From the NCBI GenBank assembly GCA_019058015.1, contig JAHLWH010000117.1, positions 1 to 41,471 on the forward strand: a DNA stretch of 41,471 nucleotides, given 5' to 3'. Shown in pieces: positions 29,422 to 39,078 of the stretch (the first letter of the stretch is position 1; every line of letters begins with the position of its first letter). The DNA is from Promethearchaeota archaeon. GTDB lineage: Archaea; Asgardarchaeota; Lokiarchaeia; Sigyniarchaeales; SOKP01. The position numbers and the translations under genes were made by a program. The notes beneath the pieces were generated by a model. The model was not told the origin of the DNA. It saw only the letters and a program-made list of their open reading frames with translations, and searched no databases.

Positions 29422-30973
29422 AATTTAGGAGATATACAGAATTGAAACTAATTGAAAGAATGATTATAAAAATTAACACAAAAAATAGATTGGACGTAAA
29501 TACAATAATTTTTTTAAATTCTATGTTGATAATTTTAGAAAAATAATAAATACTTATAGTGTTACTTAATAAAAAGGATCCAAATAAGAATATCAGATCA
29601 AATGAATTAAAGTTATCATAAAAAGGAATAGTTATGGTAAATTCTGGATTATATAAAAGATCAATATAATAAAAAAAAGATGGAAATACACCAGAAATAA
29701 CCCCAAGAATAAATGGTAATAAAAAAATAAAGATTAAACTTTTAAATTTTTCACCTTTAATAATAATTCGTTTTCGCTTTTCTAATTTTTGATGCATTGA
29801 GATAATTTCTAATAGATCCCAAATTTTATTTGCAGTATGATATGTATCTTCATGGATCATTTTTTTTATTACATTTAAAATCAGTTTGCAACGTGGTGAT
29901 TTTAGATTAAAAATAAATGAATCAAGCATCTCTTTTATTGATATTGAATTCTTAATCAATAATGAAATGGGGTGTTCTAATTTTTTCTGAAAAGATTTGG
30001 GTGTTTTTTTATACGCATAATATAATGCAAGCTCCGGTGATGTTTTCCTTGATAACATAATTGCAAAGTTTTTTAAAAATAATAAAAAATCATTAAACTC
30101 TCTTCTATTATTTTTAGACTCAGAGCTTAAAATCCCTAATAATTTTATATCCTCATTTAAAAATTTTGATGATAAATATCTAATAATAATGAAATAGAGA
30201 GGTATGATAAAGATTAATGAGAAAGATTTGATTTCTTGAAGTATTATGAGAAAACAGCTTCCTATCGGGAAAAATAAGCCTATAAAGAATATTATACTTA
30301 ATTTTGATTCAATGCTTCGAATAAATGTTTCAAATAAATCTTCTGAATATGAGTATTCATTTATTTTAACTAAATTAGTATCTTCAAAATTATTAGAGAC
30401 TAAGTCATTTATAAAACTTTGAAAATTTTTTGAAATGATATTTAAATTTTCTAACTCATTCTCTGGATTTTTGCCAAATTGTATTTTTCTTATAATTGAT
30501 TTAAAATAATTAGAAATAGGATAATTATAATTAGAAATAGACTCAATAAAATTAATACATTTATCGGAAATTGATGTAAAAAGGGAATTAATGAGAGAAA
30601 AATCTAAAATAATTAATTTTAAGTAAGCATTAATATTCAACTCTTCATTTTTTAATCTTTTATATAAATATACATTAAATATGTATGTAATTATTATAGA
30701 AGAAATAAGAGAAAATAGGCAACTTATTTGAATTACAAACTGACTCTCCAGGATTTTAAAAATGATATTGAAATAAATCGAAAAAATAAAAAATAAGAAA
30801 TAAAAAGTTAAAAAAACTAAAGTAGTTGCTTTATTTATATCGCTAATTAATAAATTATATTTAACAAAAATTATTTTTGAATATCTTGAATTTAGCTTTT
30901 TAATTTTAAATTGTGGAAATTTTTTATTTCGGAAGAAAAAACAAAAATTGCAATATAAATTAAGAAAACTAAT
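29414..30973 (-). CDS. TadB/TadC-like (T2SS F family) pilus membrane platform, probable ATT start
   Basis: Two soluble-domain + TM units (GKNPENEL, TSPELAL); frame open 111 codons upstream of TTG 30640, adding two TM helices; GGTGA SD 6 nt before ATT at 30973. Confidence 0.72.
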   Translation of the reverse strand: MSFLNLYCNFCFFFRNKKFPQFKIKKLNSRYSKIIFVKYNLLISDINKATTLVFLTFYFLFFIFSIYFNIIFKILESQFVIQISCLFSLISSIIITYIFNVYLYKRLKNEELNINAYLKLIILDFSLINSLFTSISDKCINFIESISNYNYPISNYFKSIIRKIQFGKNPENELENLNIISKNFQSFINDLVSNNFEDTNLVKINEYSYSEDLFETFIRSIESKLSIIFFIGLFFPIGSCFLIILQEIKSFSLIFIIPLYFIIIRYLSSKFLNEDIKLLGILSSESKNNRREFNDFLLFLKNFAIMLSRKTSPELALYYAYKKTPKSFQKKLEHPISLLIKNSISIKEMLDSFIFNLKSPRCKLILNVIKKMIHEDTYHTANKIWDLLEIISMHQKLEKRKRIIIKGEKFKSLIFIFLLPFILGVISGVFPSFFYYIDLLYNPEFTITIPFYDNFNSFDLIFLFGSFLLSNTISIYYFSKIINIEFKKIIVFTSNLFFVLIFIIILSISFNSVYLLNFN

Positions 30974-30992
30974 AAAATCTCACCTTTTATTT

Positions 30993-31394
30993 TTATAAAA
31001 AATTTATGAAAATTACTTCTGAAATAATGTATATTTTTAAAATGTGATAACCTGGATTTTCATAAAAAAAATTCAAAAATTGGTAAATAAATTCGTACGT
31101 ATATTCATATTCAATATTATTTAAGATAAATGTATATTTTATTTTATTACCAGAAGCTAATATACTAAAATTTTCTGGCATCTCAATAACGCAACTAAAA
31201 TTTAAAGAGGGATTTTCAATTGTTCTTGTTATTCCAGAGTTAATAATAGATATACATATTAAATTATTTTTAATATCCGACTCAATATTGTAATTCTCGA
31301 TAAATTTAAAAAAGGGAGTAATTATAGAAAGAAAAATAACCAATAATGTAATTCCAAATCCAATCATAAGGGACTTCTCTAAAATTTCTGTCAT
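30993..31394 (-). CDS. Pilin-like/pseudopilin protein
   Basis: N-terminal E + hydrophobic helix (TEILEKSLMIGFGITLLVIFLSII), beta-rich tail; ATGA overlap with the ATPase. Confidence 0.55.
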   Translation of the reverse strand: MTEILEKSLMIGFGITLLVIFLSIITPFFKFIENYNIESDIKNNLICISIINSGITRTIENPSLNFSCVIEMPENFSILASGNKIKYTFILNNIEYEYTYEFIYQFLNFFYENPGYHILKIYIISEVIFINFL

Positions 31395-33577
31395 AGCATA
31401 GTTTTATTAAAATTTTTAAATTTAAAATCCCCTTTTTTTAAATTCTTTTTGATTTTCTCCCAAAATTTAATTAATTCCAAATAATTATTTTTAGATGCAA
31501 AAAATCCAATAATATTGAAAAATGAAACTAAATCTGAGATTTTATTCGATCTAAATTTGGAAAGGAAATCAAAAATTTCTTTAAATAGGTCTATCATTAG
31601 ATAAAAATCTTCTTCTGGTAGATGCTCATACTTTATTATTTTTTTTAATATATTAGTTTGATAAAGGTTCTTTTTCCTCATCCAATTATTTGTCATTGGA
31701 TTATAATCAAAAATCTTTTCAACAAAAATTCCGTTATTTACACTAATTTCTATAATTGCCACGATCTTTCGACCAATTGGTAATTTTTTCATTAAAATAA
31801 TTAGATCTAAATCATTCAAACATATTTTTTCAATTTTAAAATGATAAAGGAACCGATTAATTAATGCGGAAATATCTTTTGAATGAATTGTTTGAAACCC
31901 TCTTAATCCTGCGCTTAAACAGTGAAATAAAGCTTTGCACTCCTCCATTGTAAGAATCTCGCCCAAAAAAATAACATCCGGAGTTCTATGTAATAAGGTT
32001 TGAATTAAATTACTTTTTGTAAATTGAGAATTTTCTGTAATTTCTAATGATTGAGTTTTATATTTTACTTGATGCATATTGAATTTTAATTCATCTAATG
32101 ATTCAACAGCATTTTCGACATAAATCTTTCGAAATTCTTTAGGCGTTAATAGATCAAAGGCATTAATCAGAGTTGTTTTTCCTGTGTCTGTTTCTCCAGT
32201 TACTGTTAAATTTATTCTCTTGAGAATGCAAAAGTATAAAAACGAAGCAATTTCCGAGGATAAAGTTTGATAAAATATTAAATCAGGAATTGAAAAAATA
32301 TTCTTATTCAATTTTCTTATGTCTAAACAAAATCCATTCAATTGCAATGGGAAAATATCAATTGAAAATCTACAATAAAAATAATTATTTTTTATAACAG
32401 TTTTAACACTAGGATGTTTTATATCAAGTCTTTCTCTACTATATAATCTTAAAAATGTTTTAATTCTCTCAATTTCTTCCAAATTAAAGCTAATTTCTGT
32501 TCGACATCGCCCATATATTTGATGATTAAGATATATTTTATCATTTGGCTGATCTAAAAATATTTCTTCAAGATAATCATCAATTAAAAGTGGGAATAGT
32601 TTTTTAATGTTAAGTATATTAATAGATGATAAAAAAGATAATTTATGCTTTTCATTGGTTGATATATTTGGCATAATTTCATTCAAATAAATTAGTGAAT
32701 GTTTTAAAAGTAAATCAACCAATTCTTGAAATGTGAGAATTTTATCAATTTTTAATAATTTTAAATAGAAACTAATTTTATTTATTATTTCTTTATAATA
32801 CTCAAATTTATTGGGATTTTCGAAAAAGATTTCAACTCTATATAATTTCTCATTATGATATTTCCAATTATAAATGGATATCTGAAAATATTTACTTGCT
32901 CCAATAAAATATGTTTTTAAAAGATTTTTATTTTCAATCAGATTTTCAGTAATGCATAACTTACAATGAGTTTTTGCGTTTTCAGTAAATCTTTCTCTTG
33001 AATGATCCAAATCAAATGTCTTTTGCGAGTTTATTAGAAATTTAATAAGATTTAACGAATCTAAGAGTAATAAGATTTTTTTAATATTATCATTTAACTC
33101 ATTAATCCATTTTTGAAAAGAAAGTTCATGGGAATTTTTTTTTAAATTTAACTCAAGTTGTTTCCCCAATTTCTCATATAAAAAAAAAGGATCGATTTTT
33201 CTTAAATTTATATTAAAATCTAACTCTAATTCAAAATTTCTAAAGTTTTTTCTGTCCGTTTGTACTAACTTTTGAATTTTTTTAAATATTTTTTTCAAAT
33301 GTTTAAAATATTTAATATAATCCAAAAAATATGAAATATATTCATCTTCAATTATTTTATGATTTTGATGGTCAAATATTGTATTTATCGTTTTATTTTG
33401 ATATTTTATTAAACAATTTATCAAACAAATACGACATTTACTATTAAATAAATGCGAACAATTTTTAAGATGAAAATTAGAACAGTTTAAACAATTAATT
33501 TTAATATTCCACAGTTTTCCATCATAGTTTTCTGAGAATACTGGGATTAGAAAGCAATTTTTAAGATTTTTATACAT
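31391..33577 (-). CDS. TadA/CpaF/VirB11-family secretion ATPase with Cys-rich N-terminal extension
   Basis: DIRK, Walker A GETDTGKTT, Asp box VENAVE, Walker B PDVIFLGEI, QTIHS. Confidence 0.9.
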   Translation of the reverse strand: MYKNLKNCFLIPVFSENYDGKLWNIKINCLNCSNFHLKNCSHLFNSKCRICLINCLIKYQNKTINTIFDHQNHKIIEDEYISYFLDYIKYFKHLKKIFKKIQKLVQTDRKNFRNFELELDFNINLRKIDPFFLYEKLGKQLELNLKKNSHELSFQKWINELNDNIKKILLLLDSLNLIKFLINSQKTFDLDHSRERFTENAKTHCKLCITENLIENKNLLKTYFIGASKYFQISIYNWKYHNEKLYRVEIFFENPNKFEYYKEIINKISFYLKLLKIDKILTFQELVDLLLKHSLIYLNEIMPNISTNEKHKLSFLSSINILNIKKLFPLLIDDYLEEIFLDQPNDKIYLNHQIYGRCRTEISFNLEEIERIKTFLRLYSRERLDIKHPSVKTVIKNNYFYCRFSIDIFPLQLNGFCLDIRKLNKNIFSIPDLIFYQTLSSEIASFLYFCILKRINLTVTGETDTGKTTLINAFDLLTPKEFRKIYVENAVESLDELKFNMHQVKYKTQSLEITENSQFTKSNLIQTLLHRTPDVIFLGEILTMEECKALFHCLSAGLRGFQTIHSKDISALINRFLYHFKIEKICLNDLDLIILMKKLPIGRKIVAIIEISVNNGIFVEKIFDYNPMTNNWMRKKNLYQTNILKKIIKYEHLPEEDFYLMIDLFKEIFDFLSKFRSNKISDLVSFFNIIGFFASKNNYLELIKFWEKIKKNLKKGDFKFKNFNKTML

Positions 33578-33665
33578 ACTAGAGTTTTTTACAAAAAATA
33601 ATTTAAATTTCTACTTTTTTCGGAGTTTTTAAGTTTAAAATTTTAAACAAAAAATGTGATATAAA

Positions 33666-33860
33666 ATGAAAATACAAATCAGAAATATAATTTATAAATT
33701 GAAAAATTTTTTAAAAGATGAAAGCGCAGGTTCTCTATTAGAATATGGACTATTAATTGGATTTAGTATCTTTATTTTCATCATTATTATTGAAATAATC
33801 TTTTCAATGTTTGAATGGACAGGCACACAGATCTCACAATTTTTTGATGTTATAGGTTAA
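33666..33860 (+). CDS. Flp-type type IV pilin
   Basis: FLKDESA|GSLLEYGLLIG: leader with FxKDE, E+5, Y+6, hydrophobic helix; 64 aa. Confidence 0.85.
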   Translation: MKIQIRNIIYKLKNFLKDESAGSLLEYGLLIGFSIFIFIIIIEIIFSMFEWTGTQISQFFDVIG

Positions 33861-33898
33861 TTTGAGGTGCCACTCTTATTTCACAGAACTTAAAATCT

Positions 33899-34093
33899 AT
33901 GAATTTAGACAAAAATCTTTTAAATGAAATAATAAATCTAATTAAAAATAAATTAGCAAATAAGAGACAAATAATGTATTGTGATGTTATCAACTATATA
34001 GTTAGATCCAAATTAAAAGGCAAATCTTATGATAAGATAATAATTTGGTGTACCTATAATATCCGATTAGGAAATTTATATATAAATTTTTAA
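33899..34093 (+). CDS. Small hypothetical protein
   Basis: 64-aa ATG ORF directly behind the pilin. Confidence 0.5.
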   Translation: MNLDKNLLNEIINLIKNKLANKRQIMYCDVINYIVRSKLKGKSYDKIIIWCTYNIRLGNLYINF

Positions 34094-34374
34094 AATCCTC
34101 CTTCTAAATATATCACATATCAGATTACCGGTTCTTTATTTTTTTTCTAAATTTTTATAGTTAGATTGAAACCACTTTTGTAATGATTACAATCTAAACG
34201 AAATGAAGTTTAAACAAAAATTAAAAAAATGAAAAACAATTCTTTTATTAATATCTAATCCATAATGAAATTATTGATAAAAAAATTAGTATTAATGATT
34301 ATATTTTTGTAATTTGGTTATAATTAGTTATTATCAAATATTTTAAGAAAACCTTTATTTTTGGCAGATATTAT

Positions 34375-35034
34375 ATGGTGAGAGTTACAGCAGATCATCG
34401 CATATATATAAAAATTTTATACTGGGGAATGGCTAGCTCGGGTAAAACTACTATAGTGGATACTTTATATCGTCTTACAAAAGAACAAAAAAAAGATATA
34501 GAACCTACAGGAAATTTAACGAAAATTGCTATGGCAAGTGGCTCTACTCTATATTTTGATCGAGGAATTTTTCAATCTACAAAAGAACAAAAAGTATATT
34601 ATCATGTTTATACAGTTGCTGGACAAAGTCGATTTTCTCCTTTAAGAAAAAAAATATTTAAAGGAACAGATGGAGCAATATTTGTTGTAGATTCTCAAAC
34701 TCATCTCTTTGAAGATAATATTGAATCATTAAAAGAATTAAAAAAAGTAGCTAAAGGTACTTTAATTAAAGAAATTCCTTTGTTGGTAATGTTAAATAAG
34801 AAAGATTTAACAGAAACGATAAGTGCAAGTGAATTTGAGCAAATTTTAAAGGAAGAAGAATTATGGTATGAGGTACCTCATAAATTAGCGCTCTGGAATC
34901 CCATAATCTACGAGTCTTGCGCATTATATAATAAAAGAAGAGAAGTATATCGAAGTTTTTATGAATGTGCTAGGAGAACAGCATTGTATCATATATATGG
35001 AAATGGAACAGCTCCATTAGATAAAGAATCCTAA
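34375..35034 (+). CDS. MglA-like small GTPase (paralog 1)
   Basis: KILYWGMASSGKTT, STLYFD, TVAGQ, FVVDS, NKKD. Confidence 0.9.
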   Translation: MVRVTADHRIYIKILYWGMASSGKTTIVDTLYRLTKEQKKDIEPTGNLTKIAMASGSTLYFDRGIFQSTKEQKVYYHVYTVAGQSRFSPLRKKIFKGTDGAIFVVDSQTHLFEDNIESLKELKKVAKGTLIKEIPLLVMLNKKDLTETISASEFEQILKEEELWYEVPHKLALWNPIIYESCALYNKRREVYRSFYECARRTALYHIYGNGTAPLDKES

Positions 35035-35294
35035 AAAAACATTGAGTATAATCATCTTTTTTTCTCACGACTAAATTTTCTAGGTTCTAATTCATCATTA
35101 AATAATAATTCCTTTAAAAATTACTCTAATTAAATTCATAGCAACATATTTATTATCTCTCTTAATCTGAACTACTCAATTTTTGCTTTAATTAAAAAAT
35201 TCTAATTTAAGTTATATTTTAATTAAAAACCATTTATGAAATCTTTATTTATTTTCTCAAGCTTTTCAAACTAATATTTTTAGAGAAGATATTT

Positions 35295-35367
35295 TAATTC
35301 TCAGCGTAACTATTAATTCATCACTTATCCAATGACATCAGATTTGTCTAGTTTCATCATAGAATTA
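35295..35367 (-). ncRNA. Box C/D guide sRNA
   Basis: UAAUUC-U-AUGAUGA(C)-12 nt-CUGA(D')-hairpin-GUGAUGA(C')-13 nt-CUGA(D)-GAAUUA; four consensus boxes plus 6-bp terminal stem. Confidence 0.9.
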
Positions 35368-35695
35368 TAAATAAATAAATAAATAAATTAATACAACTTA
35401 ATAAAAAACTAGAATTTCTAATAGTAATTGAAAATCTCATCTTCAATTCTAAGATTTTACTAAAGGTTTAAAAAAAAAATGTTTTTTAACAAAAAAAAGC
35501 TATCTCTTAATTTCAAATAAAAATATTTAAAATTACTTTTAATCAATTTGGGCGGTTTTTTTGATCATATCGGGTGAAAAATTCCAATTGGCTATAATAA
35601 AATTGGGATCGCAAATAATAATAACTTTAATATCAAAATAATTATAAATTAAATTAATTTGTTAAATATTGATTAAAAATAATGTGATTAATTTC

Positions 35696-37288
35696 ATGGA
35701 AAAAATTATACCATTTATGATCGGTGACATAAAATATGTCCCCTCTCAAACTAGGAGAACATTTATTGAAGAAATAGCTTTATCTTTATGTTTATTATTT
35801 GAAGAAAATGGTAGTTCTATAAAAAAATGGGGTGCAATTGAAACAATTTCCTTGTGCTTTTGGCCAGTGAGATTAATCCCTTTAAATGAAAATCGTGCTT
35901 GTATAACTAGTTATTTACTTCAAAATGCTCCTAAAGTTCAAGTTGGTCCTTTTAAAAAAATTCCACCAAATCCTGCAGTAGTTGTTAAGGCTTCTGATTC
36001 TAAATCTTTTATTAATTCTTTAATTTCATATAATTCTAAATATCTTTCTAATAAGGCAAATTTCTCACGTAAAATGATTATTCAAGAAGCCCTATTTGGT
36101 ATTGAAGAAATCTATTTTTTTAAACCCTTTTTCTCTAATAATTATAGTTTAAAGACATTTGAAGAGAAATATTTTATTCTGTCTGGAGATCCCATAACAA
36201 AGAGTGTCAATCAAATCAATATTCGCAAGGAAATTTATGATTTTATAAATTTTACAGATGTTAAAATATTAGATCAATATAATGAAAAAATCAATGAATT
36301 ATGTGATAAATGGATTGAAAAAACTTCAAAAGATGTTGATAATTATAAAATTAAAACAATAGATCACCAAAAGGAAGAAGAACAGTTAGAAAGATTAAAT
36401 AAAGAATTAAGAGAAGAAAAAGAGAAAGATCTGTATGATTCTGATGAAGAGTTATTGAATTCAGGAAAATTTAAGATTAATGATATTTCATCTGTTATAA
36501 TAAATGAAATTGAATCATTAAAAAAAGAAATACTAAAGCTAGGTCAATCAACAAAAGAAAAAAATTTACCTCTAATTAATGAGAACATTAAAAACTCATA
36601 TAGAGAGTGTAAAAAAGTTGAGAATTCCATAAAACAATTTGATAATGAAATAACAGTATTAAAAAGAAATTTAGTAAAAGAAAGAAATAATATTCGAAAA
36701 AACCATAACTCAGTAATTTCTAGTATAGAATCCAACATTAATTTAATAAAAGCAAAAATGGACTCTGATGAGAAAGATTATAATAAAGAATTTGTAGATC
36801 TCCAAGACGAATTAAAACAAATTCAAAATCTAAAACAAAAAGTCAATAATAATTTTTTAATCATCAAAGAAATGGAGTTGGATCAAGTACAAAAATTCTT
36901 GCATGCATATACTCTCGAGATCAAAACAGAAAATGTGATTGTTGGAATACCAATCTTTATTTTCAATTTTCGAAGTCATAAGGCGGAAAAAGTGGATAAA
37001 TACATGCCTGTATTACCTATATTAATTAGTGAAGGGAAAAAAAAGGGGAATGTTGCAAATGTAAAATCTAAAAAAAGAATAATTTTTACCGATCGTTTCA
37101 TTAAAATATTTAATAAATATAAGGCAATGAAAGATTTAATCTCGGTAGAAAGTAAAAAGAATAATATATTAGAAATTAAAAATTTAACATATTTATTATT
37201 AGAATCTATAGATGAATTAAGAATGAAGGAGCTAATATCAAAAAAAATAGCAACAAATGTTAAAGATCTAATTGAATCTATAATTTAA
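35696..37288 (+). CDS. Coiled-coil hypothetical protein
   Basis: Long central heptad-rich region flanked by globular segments (CFWPVRLIP ... VGIPIFIF). Confidence 0.7.
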   Translation: MEKIIPFMIGDIKYVPSQTRRTFIEEIALSLCLLFEENGSSIKKWGAIETISLCFWPVRLIPLNENRACITSYLLQNAPKVQVGPFKKIPPNPAVVVKASDSKSFINSLISYNSKYLSNKANFSRKMIIQEALFGIEEIYFFKPFFSNNYSLKTFEEKYFILSGDPITKSVNQINIRKEIYDFINFTDVKILDQYNEKINELCDKWIEKTSKDVDNYKIKTIDHQKEEEQLERLNKELREEKEKDLYDSDEELLNSGKFKINDISSVIINEIESLKKEILKLGQSTKEKNLPLINENIKNSYRECKKVENSIKQFDNEITVLKRNLVKERNNIRKNHNSVISSIESNINLIKAKMDSDEKDYNKEFVDLQDELKQIQNLKQKVNNNFLIIKEMELDQVQKFLHAYTLEIKTENVIVGIPIFIFNFRSHKAEKVDKYMPVLPILISEGKKKGNVANVKSKKRIIFTDRFIKIFNKYKAMKDLISVESKKNNILEIKNLTYLLLESIDELRMKELISKKIATNVKDLIESII

Positions 37289-37357
37289 CATATTCAAAAA
37301 AATATTTAACTAATCATTAATTCTTTTATTTAATTAAATTGATAGATAACACTGATT

Positions 37358-37543
37358 ATGGGTCTTTATAGTAAGGTTAAAAATAATTTGTCTGAAAGTT
37401 TTTCTATTTTTCAATTAATGTCTTTATTGGAGATGGATGAATCAGACATAAGAGAGTGTAGGAACGTTTTAAAACAATGGTATCTATTAGGATATATAAA
37501 AAGAATCTCTAAAAATATGTATCAGAAAATAAAAAAATCTTAA
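37358..37543 (+). CDS. Small winged-helix-like protein
   Basis: FSIFQLM..RNVLKQWYLLGYIKRISKNMYQK pattern. Confidence 0.65.
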   Translation: MGLYSKVKNNLSESFSIFQLMSLLEMDESDIRECRNVLKQWYLLGYIKRISKNMYQKIKKS

Positions 37544-37595
37544 TAACGTTATTCTCTATTTTAACAATTCTTTTTATTCCATTTGAAAAAAAGAA

Positions 37596-38174
37596 TTAAT
37601 TGATTTGAATACTTATTTGCGGAAAGATGAAATTAAGCATTTTTTTAAAAGACTCAAAAATACCAATACCATCTGTTGCAATAGTATTAAGAATATCAAC
37701 TTTTTCAAAAAGAGTGTAATTAATTTCATTTAAAAATTCTGATTTTTCTATTTTATTTTCCAAATCCCATTTATTTAAACAAATTATTATAGGTATATCA
37801 TAAAATTTATTTGAGAAAAAGGCATTTAATTCATTCCAAGACCTTAAATTCTGTTTAATACAGACATTTTGTGAATCTACAATAAAAATTATTCCATCAA
37901 CTCCTATTAATGTTGCTGGTCGTGTACTTGCATAAAAATCTTGGCCAGTAGCTGAATATAATAGCAATTTAATATTCCATTCAAAACCTTGAAAATTTAA
38001 TACTCCAAAATCGAAAAATAATGTTCTTCCAGTTGTACTTTCTATTGATTTTAATGTTTCTTGTTTTCCAAAATATTTAAATAAGCTTTTTAATGATGTA
38101 GTTTTTCCTGACATTGCAGGGCCATAATATACAATTTTAATTTGAATTGTTTTGTTACTATAATCAAATAGCAA
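37596..38174 (-). CDS. MglA-like small GTPase (paralog 2)
   Basis: KIVYYGPAMSGKTT, RTLFFDF, SATGQ, GVDGIIFIVDS, NKWD. Confidence 0.92.
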   Translation of the reverse strand: MLFDYSNKTIQIKIVYYGPAMSGKTTSLKSLFKYFGKQETLKSIESTTGRTLFFDFGVLNFQGFEWNIKLLLYSATGQDFYASTRPATLIGVDGIIFIVDSQNVCIKQNLRSWNELNAFFSNKFYDIPIIICLNKWDLENKIEKSEFLNEINYTLFEKVDILNTIATDGIGIFESFKKMLNFIFPQISIQIN

Positions 38175-38178
38175 AATA

Positions 38179-39078
38179 TTACCCCCATAAAGATTCTAAA
38201 TGATCTCCAATTTTTACATGTTTCCCATTTTTTAATAATGGGTCAAATCCTTCACTCCATTCATAATATATAAAAGAAAGTATTCTTTCTATAGGCGCAG
38301 TTTGATAATCTATTGTATTTAAAAGGATTTTTCCACTGATTGTTGCATCTAAACCCAAAGTTGATAGTAAATTTAAACGATTTAAAATGAAAAAAGCTCT
38401 TTTTGATGCAGAGAAGAAATTTTGGATCTCTTTTTTAAAAATATTTTTTTGGATCTCTTCTTTTTCTATAGAAAAGTCTAAAAGGCTACTCATTGTAATA
38501 TCATCAATATTTGTTGTGTTTGTTTTTTGTGATAAAATCCTCTTCATTCTTATTATAGAATTTTCAGTATCTTGTGAGCTTTTTCTTAGAATTCTCCTCT
38601 CTAATTTTAGATTAATATCACTTGACTTATCACCTTCTAACTCTACTGATATTGAGTTATTTATGAGCATAATCGAAAGAAATAAAAAATATTTTTCACG
38701 CATCAATTGTTTTATTATTTTAATTTTCTGTTGATTTTTTATTTGGAGCTCTATTCCAATTACCCAAGATTTAAAATTTTTAATATTGTTTAAAGCTTTT
38801 AAAGCAACACTTGAAGGGCATCTAATAATAATTCTTTGAGAATTATAATCAATTTCTTCATTTTTACATAGGTTTTGATATTCAATATCTGATACAAAAT
38901 CTGTATAATAGATTAATTCTTTTCTAAAATGCATAAGATCACATAATTCTGCCGAAAAATTATCAACATCAATTTCATTTTCTCCCAATATTATTATCGG
39001 TATTCTATTAAGAAGACTATATAAGATAAGAGATAATTTTTTTTCACCTATCTTATCTATTGACTGTATAATTTGCAG
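38179..39078 (-). CDS. Putative DENN-like domain protein, probable CTG/ATC start
   Basis: Frame open upstream of TTG 38988 to a stop at 39096; extension LSLILYSLLNRIPIIILG resembles the start of the core DENN fold; AGGAG SD at 39094-39090. Confidence 0.55.
   Translation of the reverse strand: MQIIQSIDKIGEKKLSLILYSLLNRIPIIILGENEIDVDNFSAELCDLMHFRKELIYYTDFVSDIEYQNLCKNEEIDYNSQRIIIRCPSSVALKALNNIKNFKSWVIGIELQIKNQQKIKIIKQLMREKYFLFLSIMLINNSISVELEGDKSSDINLKLERRILRKSSQDTENSIIRMKRILSQKTNTTNIDDITMSSLLDFSIEKEEIQKNIFKKEIQNFFSASKRAFFILNRLNLLSTLGLDATISGKILLNTIDYQTAPIERILSFIYYEWSEGFDPLLKNGKHVKIGDHLESLWG

Noticed and set aside
35367-35388. (TAAA)n tract
   Set aside because: Simple low-complexity repeat expected in AT-rich intergenic DNA
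35547-35615. SECIS element
   Set aside because: UGA/GA quartet is not adjacent to the helix and no neighbouring gene shows an in-frame Sec UGA
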